Below, in pieces: positions 62,080-62,857 of a DNA stretch of 62,857 bases. Position 1 is the first letter of the stretch. Each line of letters starts with the position of its first letter. Under the pieces are notes generated by a model that was not told the origin of the DNA, searched no databases, and saw nothing but the letters and a program-made list of their open reading frames with translations. The stretch lies in assembly GCF_002113885.1 (NCBI RefSeq), contig NW_018408801.1:1-62857 (forward strand), read 5' to 3'. A program made the translations under genes and the position numbers. This DNA comes from Mizuhopecten yessoensis (taxonomy: Eukaryota).

Positions 62080-62857
62080 GTTTTACAGCAAACACTTACT
62101 GTTCAGACGGTTTCACACTAAATGAGGGTAATAAAGGCCTACAACTTTGACTGTTACATTGAACACTAATTATTCAGACGGTCTAAGTTAATTTGGATGG
62201 CAAAAACCTATAATTAGTGTGCTTCCGTGACTGACTATCCAGACGAGTTCCAACTAAATGGGGAAAGCACAGACCTGTAATCAGCGATGTTACAGGAAAA
62301 CACTTATTGTTAATACCGGCTCAAATTAAAGGAGGTAATACAAATCTAAAATCAGCGTTGTAACACTGATCGCTTATTGTTCAGAAAGTTATAATTAGGT
62401 TGTGTCGTTACGGATAACGCTGAATGTCCGGACGGGTTCATGTTATATAACAGTAGTGTACAGTTGTAATCAAGGTTGTGTTGTTACAGTGTGCGCTAAA
62501 TGTCCGGACGGGTTCATGAATACCGGCTCAAATTAAAGGAGGTAATACAAATCTAAAATCAGCGTTGTAACTCTGATCGCTTATTGTTCAGAAAGTTATA
62601 ATTAGGTTGTGTCGTTACGGATAACGCTGAATGTCCGGACGGGGTCATGTTATATAACAGTAGTGTATAGATGTAATCAAGGTTGTGTTGTTACAGTGTG
62701 CGCTGAATGTCCAGACGGGTTCATGTTATATATTAGAAGTGTAAAGTTGTAATCAAGATTGTGTTGTTACAATGTGCGCTAAATGTCCGGACGGGTTCAG
62801 GTTAAATACATGTAACAGTAGTGTACAGTTGTTATCAAGGTTGTGTTGTTACAGTGT
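62080..62857 (+). repeat. ~76-bp minisatellite (acceptor + lectin-like exon start) with a 207-bp higher-order duplication
   Basis: Unit TTGTGTTGTTACAG|TGTGCGCTGAATGTCCGGACGGGTTCATGTTATATAACAGTAGTGTACAGTTGTAATCAAGG. The block 62312-62518 is repeated from 62519. Confidence 0.9.

Overview
AT-rich, intron-containing animal genomic DNA. The V-domain tRNA-SINE, HINE/Helentron-type elements and gene content suggest a bivalve mollusc (inference). The ORF track only captures exon fragments. Splicing by hand gives: (1) a 3-exon minus-strand gene for a secreted ~250-aa Gly/Tyr/Lys-rich, shematrin-like protein (CDS 2226->1002); (2) a 35-exon minus-strand gene (46981->15187) for a ~2375-aa type I membrane protein: signal peptide-[F5/8C-EGF]x2-[LamG/pentraxin-like + Thr/Pro linker]x4-mucin-VWDE-like region (VWD with NDPH motif and a His-rich insert, RGKR furin site, EGF)-TM-Tyr-motif tail; (3) a divergent 6-coding-exon plus-strand perlucin-like C-type lectin (49743->53732) with an NPD/WND site, followed by its tandem pseudogene; (4) the signal-peptide exon of another secreted, probably C-type lectin, gene at 61537, followed by a minisatellite built from a splice acceptor plus lectin-like exon start. 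All the intact genes encode extracellular proteins of biomaterial, adhesion or lectin type. There are no prokaryotic features and no CRISPR array.
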